Shown here in pieces: positions 53,463-62,574 of a DNA stretch of 64,000 nucleotides; position 1 is the first letter of the stretch, and each line of letters opens with the position of its first letter. The notes beneath the pieces are model-generated. The model did not search any database. It was not told the DNA's origin and saw only the letters and a list, made by a program, of their open reading frames with translations. This DNA comes from Clostridia bacterium (GTDB lineage: Bacteria; Bacillota; Clostridia; Oscillospirales; Butyricicoccaceae): NCBI GenBank assembly GCA_017441945.1, contig JAFSBG010000165.1, positions 1,214 through 65,213 on the forward strand, given 5' to 3'. The translations under genes were made by a program, and so were the position numbers.

Positions 53463-56400
53463 TTAAACACCGTGTTCAGCGCGGCGCTTCATGAGTTCAT
53501 ACTTTTCCTTAGCTGCCTTTTCAGCCTTAGCGAAGAGAACTTCAGCACGTTCTGGGAACTGACGTACGAGACCTGTGTAACGTACTTCGTTCATGAGGAA
53601 CTTTCTGTAGTTTTCAAGAGTTGGTTCCTTAGAGTCGAGCTGGAAGCCGTTCTTGCCTTCAGCAACAAGACGTGGGTCGTAGCGGAAGAGGTGCCAGTAA
53701 CCGGATTCAACAGCGAACTTGATTTCGGACTGGGAGTTTGTCATACCGCCCTTAAGGCCGTGCATTTCACATGGAGCATAACCAACGATGAGGGATGGGC
53801 CGTTGTAGCTTTCAGCTTCAACGAGAGCCTTAACTGTCTGAGGCATGTTAGCGCCCATACCAACCTGTGCTACGTATACGTAGTGGTAAGCCATAGCGAT
53901 ACCTGTGAGGTCCTTCTTAGCGATTGCCTTACCTGCTGCAGCGAACTGAGCTGTCTGGCCGATCTGTGTGGACTTGGAAGCCTGACCACCTGTGTTGGAG
54001 TAAACTTCTGTGTCGAATACGAAGATGTTGATGTCTTCGCCGGATGCGATTACATGGTCGAGACCGCCGTAACCGATATCGTATGCCCAACCGTCACCAC
54101 CGAAGATCCAGATAGACTTCTTGGAGAGGAAGTCCTTATATTCGAGGATATCCTTAGCAGCCTGTGTATCGAGCTTTTCGAGGAGAGCTACGAGAGCTTC
54201 TGTTGCCTTGCCGTTCTTCTGGCCGTCTGTCATTGTATCGAGCCAGTTCTGGCAGATAGCCTTGCATTCGTCGCATTCAAGAGTATCCTTGAGGTCTGCG
54301 ATCTTAGCAGCCATTCTTTCACGGATCTGACGAACACCTGTTGCCATACCGAGACCAAATTCAGCATTGTCTTCGAAGAGGGAGTTAGCCCATGCTGGAC
54401 CCTTGCCGAGCTTGTTTACTGTGTATGGAGTTGTAGGTGCGGAACCGCCCCAGATGGAGGAACAGCCTGTTGCGTTAGCAATGTACATTCTGTCGCCGAA
54501 GAGCTGAGTTACGAGACGAGCATAAGCTGTTTCTACGCAACCTGCGCAAGCGCCGGAGAATTCGAGCATTGGCTGACGGAACTGGGAGCCCTTAACTGTG
54601 GAAGCTGGGAATGCTGGGAATTCCTTGTATTCTACGTTTTCAACTGCGTAATCGAATACAGCCTGCTGATCGTGCTGAGATGCCTGTGGCTTCATTTCGA
54701 TAGCCTTTACTGGGCAGATCTTTTCGCAGAGGCCGCAGCCCATACAGTCGAGAACGGAAACTGCCATTGTGAACTGGTATTCACCGAGGTCCTTACCGAT
54801 CATTGCCTTGGACTTGATGGAAGCTGGAGCAGCAGCCATTTCATCCTTGTTGAGAGCGAATGGACGGATAGCAGCGTGGGAACAAACCATTGCACACTGG
54901 TTACACTGGATACACTTCTGAGCGTCCCAAGCTGGAACGTCAACAGCAACGCCGCGCTTTTCATAAGCAGCTGCGCCAACTGGGAATGTACCGTCAGGCA
55001 TAGATGTGAATGTGGAAACTGGGAGCTTGTCGCCCTGCTGTGCGGATACTGGGTTGAGGATTTCCTTAACGAACTTTACGAGTTCTGGACGGTTGCCCTT
55101 AACTTCTGCTTCAACAGAGTCGTCAACGAGGTTAGCCCAGTCAGCTGGTACTTCGATCTTGTTGAGAGCCTTGTAACCAGCGTCGATAGCTGCGTAGTTC
55201 ATGTTAACGATATCTTCACCCTTCTTACCGTAGGACTTGAGAGCAGCTGCCTTCATGTATTCAACAGCTTCTTCGATTGGAAGAATGCCGGAGAGTGCGA
55301 AGAATGCAGACTGGAGAATTGTGTTAGTTCTCTTGCCCATACCGATTTCGCGAGCGAGGTCGATAGCGTTTACTGTATAGAAGTTGATGTTGTTCTTAGC
55401 GATGAATGCCTTAACCTTGTTAGGGAGGTATTCAGCGATTTCTTCTGGCTTCCACTGGCAGTTGAGAAGGAATGTGCCGCCTGGCTTTACGTCCTGAACC
55501 ATGTCATACTTTGTGATGTAGGATGGGTTGTGGCAAGCAACGAAGTCAGCCTTTGTTACGAAGTATGTGGAACGGATTGGGGAATCACCGAAGCGGAGGT
55601 GGGAAACTGTGATACCACCTGTCTTCTTGGAGTCGTATGCGAAGTAAGCCTGTGCATACTTATCTGTGTGGTCACCGATGATCTTGATGGAGTTCTTGTT
55701 AGCACCAACAGTACCGTCGCCGCCGAGACCCCAGAACTTGCAGGAAACTGTGCCAGCAGCTGTTGTGTCTGGGCAGTTTGGATCGAGATCGAGGGAGAGG
55801 TTTGTAACGTCGTCTGTGATACCAAGTGTGAACTGACGCTTTGGCTCAGCAGCCTTCATGTTTTCGTATGTAGCGAAGATAACTGCTGGTGGAACGTCCT
55901 TGGAGCCGAGACCGTAACGGCCGCCTGTTACGTTAGCCTGGATGCCTTCGTGAGCAAGAGCTGTTACAACGTCGAGGTAAAGTGGTTCGCCGATTGCGCC
56001 TGGTTCCTTTGTTCTGTCGAGAACAGCGATGTTCTTAACTGTCTTAGGAAGAACTGCAGCGAACTTTTCTGTTACGAATGGACGGTAAAGGCGAACCTTA
56101 ACGAGACCAACCTTTTCGCCCTGAGCGAGCTTATAGTCGATAACTTCTTCGATTGTGTCACAAACGGAACCCATAGCAACGATAACATCTGTTGCATCTT
56201 CAGCACCGTAGTAGTTGAAGAGGCCGTAGTTTGTGCCGATCTTTTCGTTAACCTTGCCCATGTATTCTTCAACAACTGCTGGAAGAGCGTTGTAGAATGG
56301 GTTGGAAGCTTCACGAGCCTGGAAGAAGATATCTGGGTTCTGAGCTGTACCGCGGAGAACTGGGTGTTCTGGGTTGAGGGCACGAGCACGGAATTCCTTG

Positions 56401-57002
56401 ATAGCGTCAAAGTCTACCATTTCCTTAAGATCTTCGTAATCCCAAACAGCGATCTTCTGGATTTCGTGGGATGTACGGAAACCATCGAAGAAGTGAAGGA
56501 ATGGAACACGACCCTTGATAGCTGCGAGATGAGCTACAGCACCGAGGTCCATAACTTCCTGCTGGTTGGAAGAAGCGAGCATTGCGAAACCTGTCTGACG
56601 GCAAGCCATAACGTCGGAATGATCGCCGAAGATGGAGAGAGCATGAGAAGCAAGAGCACGAGCGGAACAGTGGATAACACCTGGGAGAAGTTCGCCTGCG
56701 ATCTTGTACATGTTAGGGATCATGAGGAGAAGGCCCTGAGATGCAGTGTAAGTTGTTGTCAAAGCACCAGCTGTGAGGGAGCCGTGAACAGCACCAGCAG
56801 CACCAGCTTCGGACTGCATTTCGATAACCTTAACTTCCTGACCAAAAATGTTCTTCTGGCCTACAGCACTCCAGGAGTCTGTAAGTTCTGCCATAACGGA
56901 AGATGGAGTAATAGGGAAGATACCCGCAACTTCTGTGAAAGCATAGGACACATGAGCGGCAGCGTTGTTACCGTCCATGGTCTTCATTTTTCTTGTTACC
57001 AT
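53463..57002 (-). CDS. nifJ: pyruvate:ferredoxin (flavodoxin) oxidoreductase
   Basis: 1179 aa, single-chain PFOR. Two 4Fe-4S ferredoxin motifs (CIQCNQCAMVCSHAA; CMGCGLCEKICP), a TPP-binding block (GGDGWAYDIGYGGLDH) and a strong RBS. Confidence 0.97.
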   Translation of the reverse strand: MVTRKMKTMDGNNAAAHVSYAFTEVAGIFPITPSSVMAELTDSWSAVGQKNIFGQEVKVIEMQSEAGAAGAVHGSLTAGALTTTYTASQGLLLMIPNMYKIAGELLPGVIHCSARALASHALSIFGDHSDVMACRQTGFAMLASSNQQEVMDLGAVAHLAAIKGRVPFLHFFDGFRTSHEIQKIAVWDYEDLKEMVDFDAIKEFRARALNPEHPVLRGTAQNPDIFFQAREASNPFYNALPAVVEEYMGKVNEKIGTNYGLFNYYGAEDATDVIVAMGSVCDTIEEVIDYKLAQGEKVGLVKVRLYRPFVTEKFAAVLPKTVKNIAVLDRTKEPGAIGEPLYLDVVTALAHEGIQANVTGGRYGLGSKDVPPAVIFATYENMKAAEPKRQFTLGITDDVTNLSLDLDPNCPDTTAAGTVSCKFWGLGGDGTVGANKNSIKIIGDHTDKYAQAYFAYDSKKTGGITVSHLRFGDSPIRSTYFVTKADFVACHNPSYITKYDMVQDVKPGGTFLLNCQWKPEEIAEYLPNKVKAFIAKNNINFYTVNAIDLAREIGMGKRTNTILQSAFFALSGILPIEEAVEYMKAAALKSYGKKGEDIVNMNYAAIDAGYKALNKIEVPADWANLVDDSVEAEVKGNRPELVKFVKEILNPVSAQQGDKLPVSTFTSMPDGTFPVGAAAYEKRGVAVDVPAWDAQKCIQCNQCAMVCSHAAIRPFALNKDEMAAAPASIKSKAMIGKDLGEYQFTMAVSVLDCMGCGLCEKICPVKAIEMKPQASQHDQQAVFDYAVENVEYKEFPAFPASTVKGSQFRQPMLEFSGACAGCVETAYARLVTQLFGDRMYIANATGCSSIWGGSAPTTPYTVNKLGKGPAWANSLFEDNAEFGLGMATGVRQIRERMAAKIADLKDTLECDECKAICQNWLDTMTDGQKNGKATEALVALLEKLDTQAAKDILEYKDFLSKKSIWIFGGDGWAYDIGYGGLDHVIASGEDINIFVFDTEVYSNTGGQASKSTQIGQTAQFAAAGKAIAKKDLTGIAMAYHYVYVAQVGMGANMPQTVKALVEAESYNGPSLIVGYAPCEMHGLKGGMTNSQSEIKFAVESGYWHLFRYDPRLVAEGKNGFQLDSKEPTLENYRKFLMNEVRYTGLVRQFPERAEVLFAKAEKAAKEKYELMKRRAEHGV

Positions 57003-57167
57003 TTGAGTTTTCCTCCATAATTTATTTTATAGGGTTTTTCTTATTATCTCACCTTATATGATAACAAATAAACTGAAAATAATCAAGCCCTTTTTCATTG
57101 AAAATATTAAATTTACTTTTATAACAGGGATAAATAATTGGATATTTTGGATGAGAATGGTGGAGGA

Positions 57168-57718
57168 TATGTCACCATAGGTGACGCGATATGTGTGTTG
57201 CACACGATATGTTCCTGCGGAACGCGATATTCGGCTTCGCCGAGCGATATGTTTTCCTGCGGAAAACATTAAGATATCTGCGGCGCGATTTAATAAGCGG
57301 GAGGGCGCACAGAGACCCTCCCCTACGCACAATCCCCTTGCCTCTCCTGTTTCAGGAGAGGTGGCACACGAAGTGTGACGGAGAGGTAAATCTTATTCAA
57401 TCCGTGACGGAGTCACACCGTACTTTTTCACTTTTCACTTTTACTTATTACTTTCTATTGCGGACCGTCGGGGACGCCGGTCCCTACAATATCTCTTGCC
57501 TCCCCTGCATACACTCCCCTTGCCTCCCTCAGACGAGGGAGGTGGCTGAGCATAGCGAAGTCGGAGGGAGTGAATCTTATTGAATGTGATTTATCACACC
57601 GTACTTCTTCAATATTGAACGGCGAGAGCAAGCCCCCGCCCTACGTTCTCTGCGGGACGCCCTCAGCACCGTCCCTTGCATAATTTAAATGGGCGGGTTT
57701 CCATGCCCGCCCGCAATT
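57168..57718. repeat. intergenic hairpin mosaic U (GCGATAT array copy 5)
   Basis: The array GTCACCATAGGTGAC + GCGATAT units spans 57171-57287. REPs lie at 57297-57326, 57460-57487 and 57652-57679, with a headless REP at 57691-57714. Also reversed CTCCGTCAC../CCTCTCCTGTTTCAGGAGAGG, TTTTCACTTTTCACTTTTACTTATTAC words, CCTCCCTCAGACGAGGGAGG, GTGATTTATCACAC, and a 47-nt unit at 57604-57650. Confidence 0.9.
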
Positions 57719-58213
57719 TTACATCTTTCTCATTTTCGCCAGCTCTCTGGCTTCCTTGCCGGAGATATGCTCAGGTGTGATTTCCACGATACAGAGGGCA
57801 GGCATTTCCTTATTCACCTCGGCGTTATGACTTTCAATGCTCATATCAGGGCAGTATTTCCGGGAAATGGCATATATTGCTCTGAGCATAAGCTCCTTGT
57901 CTGTGACTATTTTCGCCCTGCCGAAAACAACGGCGCTGCGGAAATATGTTGTAAACTCATCCTGCACGATTTCGTCCTTATCGACCACTGTGAAACAGGC
58001 CTTGTCGCAGTTTGTAATGGCGTCGATTTTATGTCCCATTTTGGCGCAATGGAAATAGATTTTGCCATCAAGCATTGCATAGCTGACAGGCACGCTGTAA
58101 GGGTAGCCGTCGTCGCCGATGACCGAAAGAATGCCGTTTGAGCCTCTTTCAAGCACTTCATTTGTGATATTTTCAGGCAAAACCTGATTTTTTCTTCTCA
58201 TTTCTCTGAACAT
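57719..58213 (-). CDS. pyridoxamine 5'-phosphate oxidase-family (flavin-binding split-barrel, NimA-like) protein
   Basis: 164 aa from ATG 58213. MRRKNQVLPENITNEVLERGSNGILSVIGDDGYPYSVPVSYAMLDGKIYFHCAKMGHK is typical of this family. Confidence 0.8.
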   Translation of the reverse strand: MFREMRRKNQVLPENITNEVLERGSNGILSVIGDDGYPYSVPVSYAMLDGKIYFHCAKMGHKIDAITNCDKACFTVVDKDEIVQDEFTTYFRSAVVFGRAKIVTDKELMLRAIYAISRKYCPDMSIESHNAEVNKEMPALCIVEITPEHISGKEARELAKMRKM

Positions 58214-58273
58214 TGTTGTACTCTTTTTTTGAATGAATTGTCCCGATGGGACATTGTGGTATCTGCGATGCAT

Positions 58274-58545
58274 TTAATAAATGGGAGGGCGCAGAGACCC
58301 TCCCCTACGGAATTTTTTTGCAGACTATTTTGTAGGGGCGGGTTTCCATGCCCGCCCGCCTTATTCAATCCGTGACGAAGTCACACCGCACTTCTTCAAT
58401 ATTGAACGGCGAGAGCAAGCCCCCGCCCTACGTTCTCCACGGGAGCAGCAAGCGGCTCCCCTACAATTTTCGGACCGTCGGGGACGCCGGTCCCTACATT
58501 TTTCGGGAGGGCACAGAGACCCTCCCCTACGGCTGTTTGTGAGTG
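58274..58545. repeat. intergenic hairpin mosaic V
   Basis: CTGCGATGCATTTAATAA, REPs 58283-58308 and 58332-58359, GTGACGAAGTCACAC, a 47-nt unit at 58391-58437, and REPs 58441-58464, 58471-58497 and 58505-58530. Confidence 0.9.
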
Positions 58546-58554
58546 TTGATTACC

Positions 58555-59106
58555 CTATCTATAAACCTTTTTCACCCATTCTTTCCTGATTTCCCATATA
58601 TTGCCGTAGTAATTTTTATTTCCTGTGATGGTGATATCATCATCGAAAAGCCGCTGCCAGCTTTGCTCGATTTCCCGCTTTATCTGGGGGTAAAAGGCTG
58701 TCGAAAAGGCTTTTATATCGTTTGTGCCGTATTCACTGAGCATTTCGCCATGGCGTTTTTTGTCCTTTTCGTCAAGGGGGATATAGCTGTAATTTGTGAT
58801 GGAGGTCCACTTTTCGATATTGATTTTCGTGATGATTTCCTGGTCGATTTCAAGCTCAAGCATTACAAAGCCGGGCTGAAGCATCATCGTGGCTTCCTTC
58901 TCCATCGAAACCCAGACAGGATAGTCGGCATCCCGAGGCTTATCGGGAAGATATTTTACCAGCCAGTCGTAGCATTTCAGTACAAGACCTTCGTGGTCGT
59001 CGGCAGTTTTTGCAATAATGTGCCGTTTTGCCGTGTATCTGCCCTCTTTTTCAATTATTTCAGCCACATTTTCGTTCTGTTTTGTCCAGACTGTGATTTT
59101 TGACAT
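58555..59106 (-). CDS. DUF3841-like hypothetical protein
   Basis: 183 aa from ATG 59106 (RBS AAGAGG), beginning MSKITVWTKQNENVAEIIEKEGRYTAKRHII. The family name is tentative. The ORF-track extension translates the repeat array. Confidence 0.5.
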   Translation of the reverse strand: MSKITVWTKQNENVAEIIEKEGRYTAKRHIIAKTADDHEGLVLKCYDWLVKYLPDKPRDADYPVWVSMEKEATMMLQPGFVMLELEIDQEIITKINIEKWTSITNYSYIPLDEKDKKRHGEMLSEYGTNDIKAFSTAFYPQIKREIEQSWQRLFDDDITITGNKNYYGNIWEIRKEWVKKVYR

Positions 59107-59120
59107 GATTGTTGTACCTC

Positions 59121-59445
59121 TTTTATCACCTGCGGTGATGCGATATGCGCATAGCGCGCGATATATAAATGCGATATATCCTGCAGATGCGATATGTTTT
59201 CCGTGAAAACACAAATGTATCTGCGATGCGATTTAATAAGCGGGACGTCGGGGGCGCCGTCCCCTACAAGAAAGTTCTATAGCCTCCCCTGTGCAAGGGG
59301 AGGGGGACCGTTGGAACAACGGTGGAGGGGTTGTTACCTATAAAAATGTGATTTATCACACATTGCTTTTTCAATATTGAGCGGCGAGAGCAAGCCCCCG
59401 CCCTACGTTCTCCACGGGAGGGCGCAGAGACCCTCCCCTACGATG
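59121..59445. repeat. intergenic hairpin mosaic W (GCGATAT array copy 6)
   Basis: Array at 59124-59230, REP 59240-59267, CCTCCCCTGTGCAAGGGGAGG + reversed CCACCGTTGTTCCAACGGTCCCCC, GTGATTTATCACAC, a 47-nt unit at 59365-59411, and REP 59416-59441 ending 6 nt before the pnuC stop. Confidence 0.9.
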
Positions 59446-59447
59446 GA

Positions 59448-60143
59448 TTATTCTCCGATTATTTCTCTTACGCGTTTTTTCTGCATTTTCATCATGCGTT
59501 TCCAGCTTACGAAGCCATAGATATCGTTGGCGAGAAAGACCATAAAGCAGACCGCCATCGGGATATATCCCGGATTTGTTACGCTTGCCATAAGCCACAT
59601 TATTATAAGCACCACATCATTCGATGCGTAGGCAAGGGCATAGTAGGGCGAGCGGAGGACAGACAAGCCTGCGGCGAAAAAGCTTGTTGTGACCGAAATC
59701 GTGCTTATGATGAGATTTGCTGTGTTGAAATATTTCAGTATGAAATAAAATACCGCTGTGACGATGGCTGTCAGTATGCCGAGACCGATGATTTTCACAG
59801 GTGTCAGCTTTGCGACGGCGACCTGTGATTTGCCCTGCTCAAAGGGGTGACGAATCCATTCGATGGCGGCTATGGCGGCTGTCGGCGCTGTCATGCCGAC
59901 ATAGGTCAGCATTTCGCCGTAATAGGCAAAGCCGAAGGAGATATAGCCGTAAACAAGGCTGAAAATTATCATTAAAACCTGGCCGATTACTTCCCCTCTT
60001 GCAATGAAAATCAGCGATGTGACGCCGATTAGGGAGGCTATCAGGGTCAGAGGATTTTTGTCTGTGCCGAAGAAAAAGCTGACGGTTATCAGCAGTGACG
60101 AGGTCAGCCAGAGTGCTTTTTCGAATTTTGTGAGATTTTTCAT
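59448..60143 (-). CDS. pnuC: nicotinamide riboside transporter PnuC
   Basis: 231 aa from ATG 60143 with 7-8 TM. WLTSSLLITVSFFFG...LIASLIGVTSLIFIARGEVIGQVLMIIFSLVYGYISF and a C-terminal SWKRM block are typical of PnuC. Confidence 0.75.
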   Translation of the reverse strand: MKNLTKFEKALWLTSSLLITVSFFFGTDKNPLTLIASLIGVTSLIFIARGEVIGQVLMIIFSLVYGYISFGFAYYGEMLTYVGMTAPTAAIAAIEWIRHPFEQGKSQVAVAKLTPVKIIGLGILTAIVTAVFYFILKYFNTANLIISTISVTTSFFAAGLSVLRSPYYALAYASNDVVLIIMWLMASVTNPGYIPMAVCFMVFLANDIYGFVSWKRMMKMQKKRVREIIGE

Positions 60144-60429
60144 TGTGCGCGTCCTTATTTTTATTTGCGCAGGCGGCAAAACGGTGATCACGCTCCGCAT
60201 CACAGCCTGCGCATCAAGAAAGAATAGGCGTATGAATAAAAAAAGGCATCCACACGCTCATCTTCAAAGACCTAACGATGAACACATGAATGCTTCCATT
60301 CGTTGCCCGGTGGCAACACTTTATTATGCTTTGCTATGATATTATAGCATATTTTTTGGCGAAAATCAAGAGCTTTCATGGCAAAAGAACAGTCTATAAC
60401 CAATATTTCATTCTGAACGAAGTGGTGTC

Positions 60430-61010
60430 TGCGATGCATTGGATAGGGCGGGAGCGGCAAGCGGCTCCCCCACGCACACATCCTTTGCCTCTCCTGTGAA
60501 TTCACCCCACAAAGCAGGCTTTGCGGGGACCCCATTATCGGGGAGGTGCCCCAACGGGGCGGAGGGGTTGTTCCCTATTTAATTGCCTAATATGCCGTAG
60601 GCACACCTTGTAAAATGGGGTTTCCAAAGGGGCGTAATTTACCCCAAACGACAGGTCGTTCGGGGACCCCGCAAAATTAAATAAATGCGGCGACACTCGT
60701 CGCCGGTCGCACCCCGGTGCTCCTGTGGTCAGGTGGTCAAACTGCCTGACTTTCACCCCAGACAGCAGGCTGTCTGGGGTGTGAATCAAGGGGATGCTTT
60801 ATTCGGGAGGGCGCGGAGACCCTCCCCTACGATTTGACCACGAAAGAATAGTTGTAGGGGCGGGTTTCCATGCCCGCCCGCGGGACGTCGGGGGCGCCGT
60901 CTCCTACAATGGGATTGTGCCATTGGGGTGGAAAGATTCTTCGCGAGCAACGGGGTCCCCGGGCGACCTGTCGTCTGGGGTGAATATCAGAATGACATTG
61001 CATTGCGCGG
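60430..61010. repeat. intergenic hairpin mosaic X
   Basis: CTGCGATGCATTGGATAGG, REP 60450-60473, reversed GGGGTCCCC..TGAATTCACAGGAGAGG, GGGGACCCCGCAAAATTAAATAAATGCGGCGACACTCGTCGCC.., GGTCAAACTGCCTGAC, and CACCCCAGACAGCAGGCTGTCTGGGGTG. Then REP 60805-60830, linker, REP 60854-60881, REP 60882-60907, and GAAAGATTCTTCGCG. Confidence 0.85.
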
Positions 61011-61139
61011 CAATTCATTATATAACATTATACACCATATTTCTTTCTCTGTGAATAGCATTTTGCTTATTTCCCTCTTGTAATTGCATTCGTTTCGCGG
61101 TATAATTTAAACATAACAAATACATAAAGGAGAAACACT

Positions 61140-62147
61140 ATGGAAAAAGTACGTCTCGGCCGCACAGAGATTATCGTCGGCAAAAACTCTTTCGGCGCTC
61201 TCCCTATCCAGCGAATTTCCAAGGAAGATGCTGCTAAATTACTCCGCAAGGCTTATGAAAGCGGTTTCAACTATTTTGATACAGCAAGAATGTACACAGA
61301 CTCGGAAGAAAAAATCGGCTATGCCCTTTCCGATGTCCGTGACAACATCATTATTTCCACAAAGACAGGCGCAAAGACTGTTGAAGGCTTCTGGGCTGAC
61401 CTTAACAAGAGCTTAGAGCTTCTCAAGACAGATCACATCGACATTTATCAGTTCCACAACCCTGATTTCTGCCCAAAGCCAGGTGACGGCTCCGGTCTTT
61501 ACGAAGCTATGGTAGAAGCTAAGGAAAAAGGTCTTATCAAGCACATCGGTATCACAAACCACCGTCTTGCTATCGCTGAAGAAGCTGTCAAGAGCGGTCT
61601 TTACGAAACACTTCAGTTCCCATTCTCCTATCTTGCAAGTGAGAAGGACGTTGCTCTCGTAAAGCTCTGCGAAGAACACGATGTTGGCTTCATCTGCATG
61701 AAGGCGCTTTCCGGCGGTCTTATCACACATTCCGACGTTGCTTACGCATATCTTGCACAGTTCCCTGTTGCTCCTATCTGGGGTATTCAGCGTGAAAGCG
61801 AGCTTGATGAGTTTATCTCCTACATCGACAACCCACCTGCAATGACTCCTGAACGCGAAGAGTTCATCAAGAAGGAAAAGGTTGAGCTTGCAGGCGAATT
61901 CTGCCGTGGCTGCGGATACTGTATGCCTTGCCCAATGGGTATCCAGATCAACACCTGCGCAAGAATGTCTCTCCTTCTCCGCCGTTCTCCAACAGCAGGT
62001 CATCTCTCTGAAAAGGGTCAGGCTATGATGAAGAAGATCGACGACTGCATTAACTGCGGCAAGTGTAAGGCTGCTTGTCCATACGGTCTCGACACACCAA
62101 ACCTCCTCAAGAGAAACTACGAGGACTATAAGACATTTTTAAAGTAA
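61140..62147 (+). CDS. aldo/keto reductase with C-terminal 4Fe-4S ferredoxin-type domain
   Basis: 335 aa with the AKR N-terminus (LGRTEIIVGKNSFGALPIQR..AYESGFNYFDTARMY) and C-terminal Cys clusters CRGCGYCMPCP and CINCGKCKAACP. Confidence 0.85.
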   Translation: MEKVRLGRTEIIVGKNSFGALPIQRISKEDAAKLLRKAYESGFNYFDTARMYTDSEEKIGYALSDVRDNIIISTKTGAKTVEGFWADLNKSLELLKTDHIDIYQFHNPDFCPKPGDGSGLYEAMVEAKEKGLIKHIGITNHRLAIAEEAVKSGLYETLQFPFSYLASEKDVALVKLCEEHDVGFICMKALSGGLITHSDVAYAYLAQFPVAPIWGIQRESELDEFISYIDNPPAMTPEREEFIKKEKVELAGEFCRGCGYCMPCPMGIQINTCARMSLLLRRSPTAGHLSEKGQAMMKKIDDCINCGKCKAACPYGLDTPNLLKRNYEDYKTFLK

Positions 62148-62157
62148 GATAATATGA

Positions 62158-62190
62158 GAAAGACCGTCCCTCCGTGGGCGGTCTTTTTTG
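62158..62190 (+). terminator. rho-independent terminator
   Basis: AGACCGTCCC-TCCGT-GGGCGGTCT followed by TTTTTTG. Confidence 0.7.
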
Positions 62191-62194
62191 TTTG

Positions 62195-62470
62195 CACTTT
62201 GTGCAAGTGAAGTGTTTGCATGACAAACGATAATGTGTGACAAGTCACATTGAATAGGCTCTCTCCCCCCGTCACTGCGTGACACCCCCCTCCTCAGAGG
62301 GAGGCAAGAGGCTTGTGCATTTGCGGGACGTCGAAGGCGCCGTCCCCTACAAAACGGTTTTTCGTGGATTGTTTTGTAGGGGCGGGTTTCCATGCCCGCC
62401 CGCGGGATGTTGATAAGCACACCCCATAAAAAGGGGTTGCCCCCGACAGCAGGGTACGGCTGTCGGGGGC
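62195..62470. repeat. intergenic hairpin mosaic Y
   Basis: Mini-hairpins TTGCACTTTGTGCAA and GTTTGCATGACAAAC, then GTGTGACAAGTCACATTGAATAGG and CTCCCCCCGTCACTGCGTGACACCCCCCTCCTCAGAGGGAGGCAAGAG. Also REP 62323-62350, REP 62376-62403, and hairpin GCCCCCGACAGC-AGGGTACG-GCTGTCGGGGGC. Confidence 0.85.
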
Positions 62471-62574
62471 ATCTGAAGAAAAAATTATGTTATGAAAGGA
62501 GTTACCTTTGGAAACGTAATTTTCAGTTTATATTTTTAGAGGTCAATGAAAAGATTTATCTTATTTACAATAAT

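Noticed and set aside
53472-57020. 1182-aa plus-strand ORF spanning the entire PFOR locus
   Set aside because: It is an exact antisense shadow of nifJ. Its translation is Cys/Val/Phe/Leu-rich with no recognisable motif, while the minus strand encodes a full-length PFOR with all cofactor motifs and a strong RBS. It is a by-product of codon bias.
57191-57583. ORF-track ORFs lying wholly in the mosaics (also 58281-58589, 58348-58542, 49543-49824, 49782-50027, 60535-61054, 22816-23358, 24026-24313, 31276-31629, 43310-43654, 53122-53403)
   Set aside because: Their peptides are just translations of repeat modules (VGAGFHARP, GRRDPPLR, and similar). They have no RBS, and the same sequences occur in both orientations and all frames elsewhere.
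57168-59445. Integron-like gene cassettes separated by attC-like hairpins
   Set aside because: There is no IntI integrase or attI. The boxed genes have their own RBS and lie opposite to the repeat orientation. The hairpins lack the RYYYAAC/GTTRRRY core sites and match the REP/RAYT repertoire instead.
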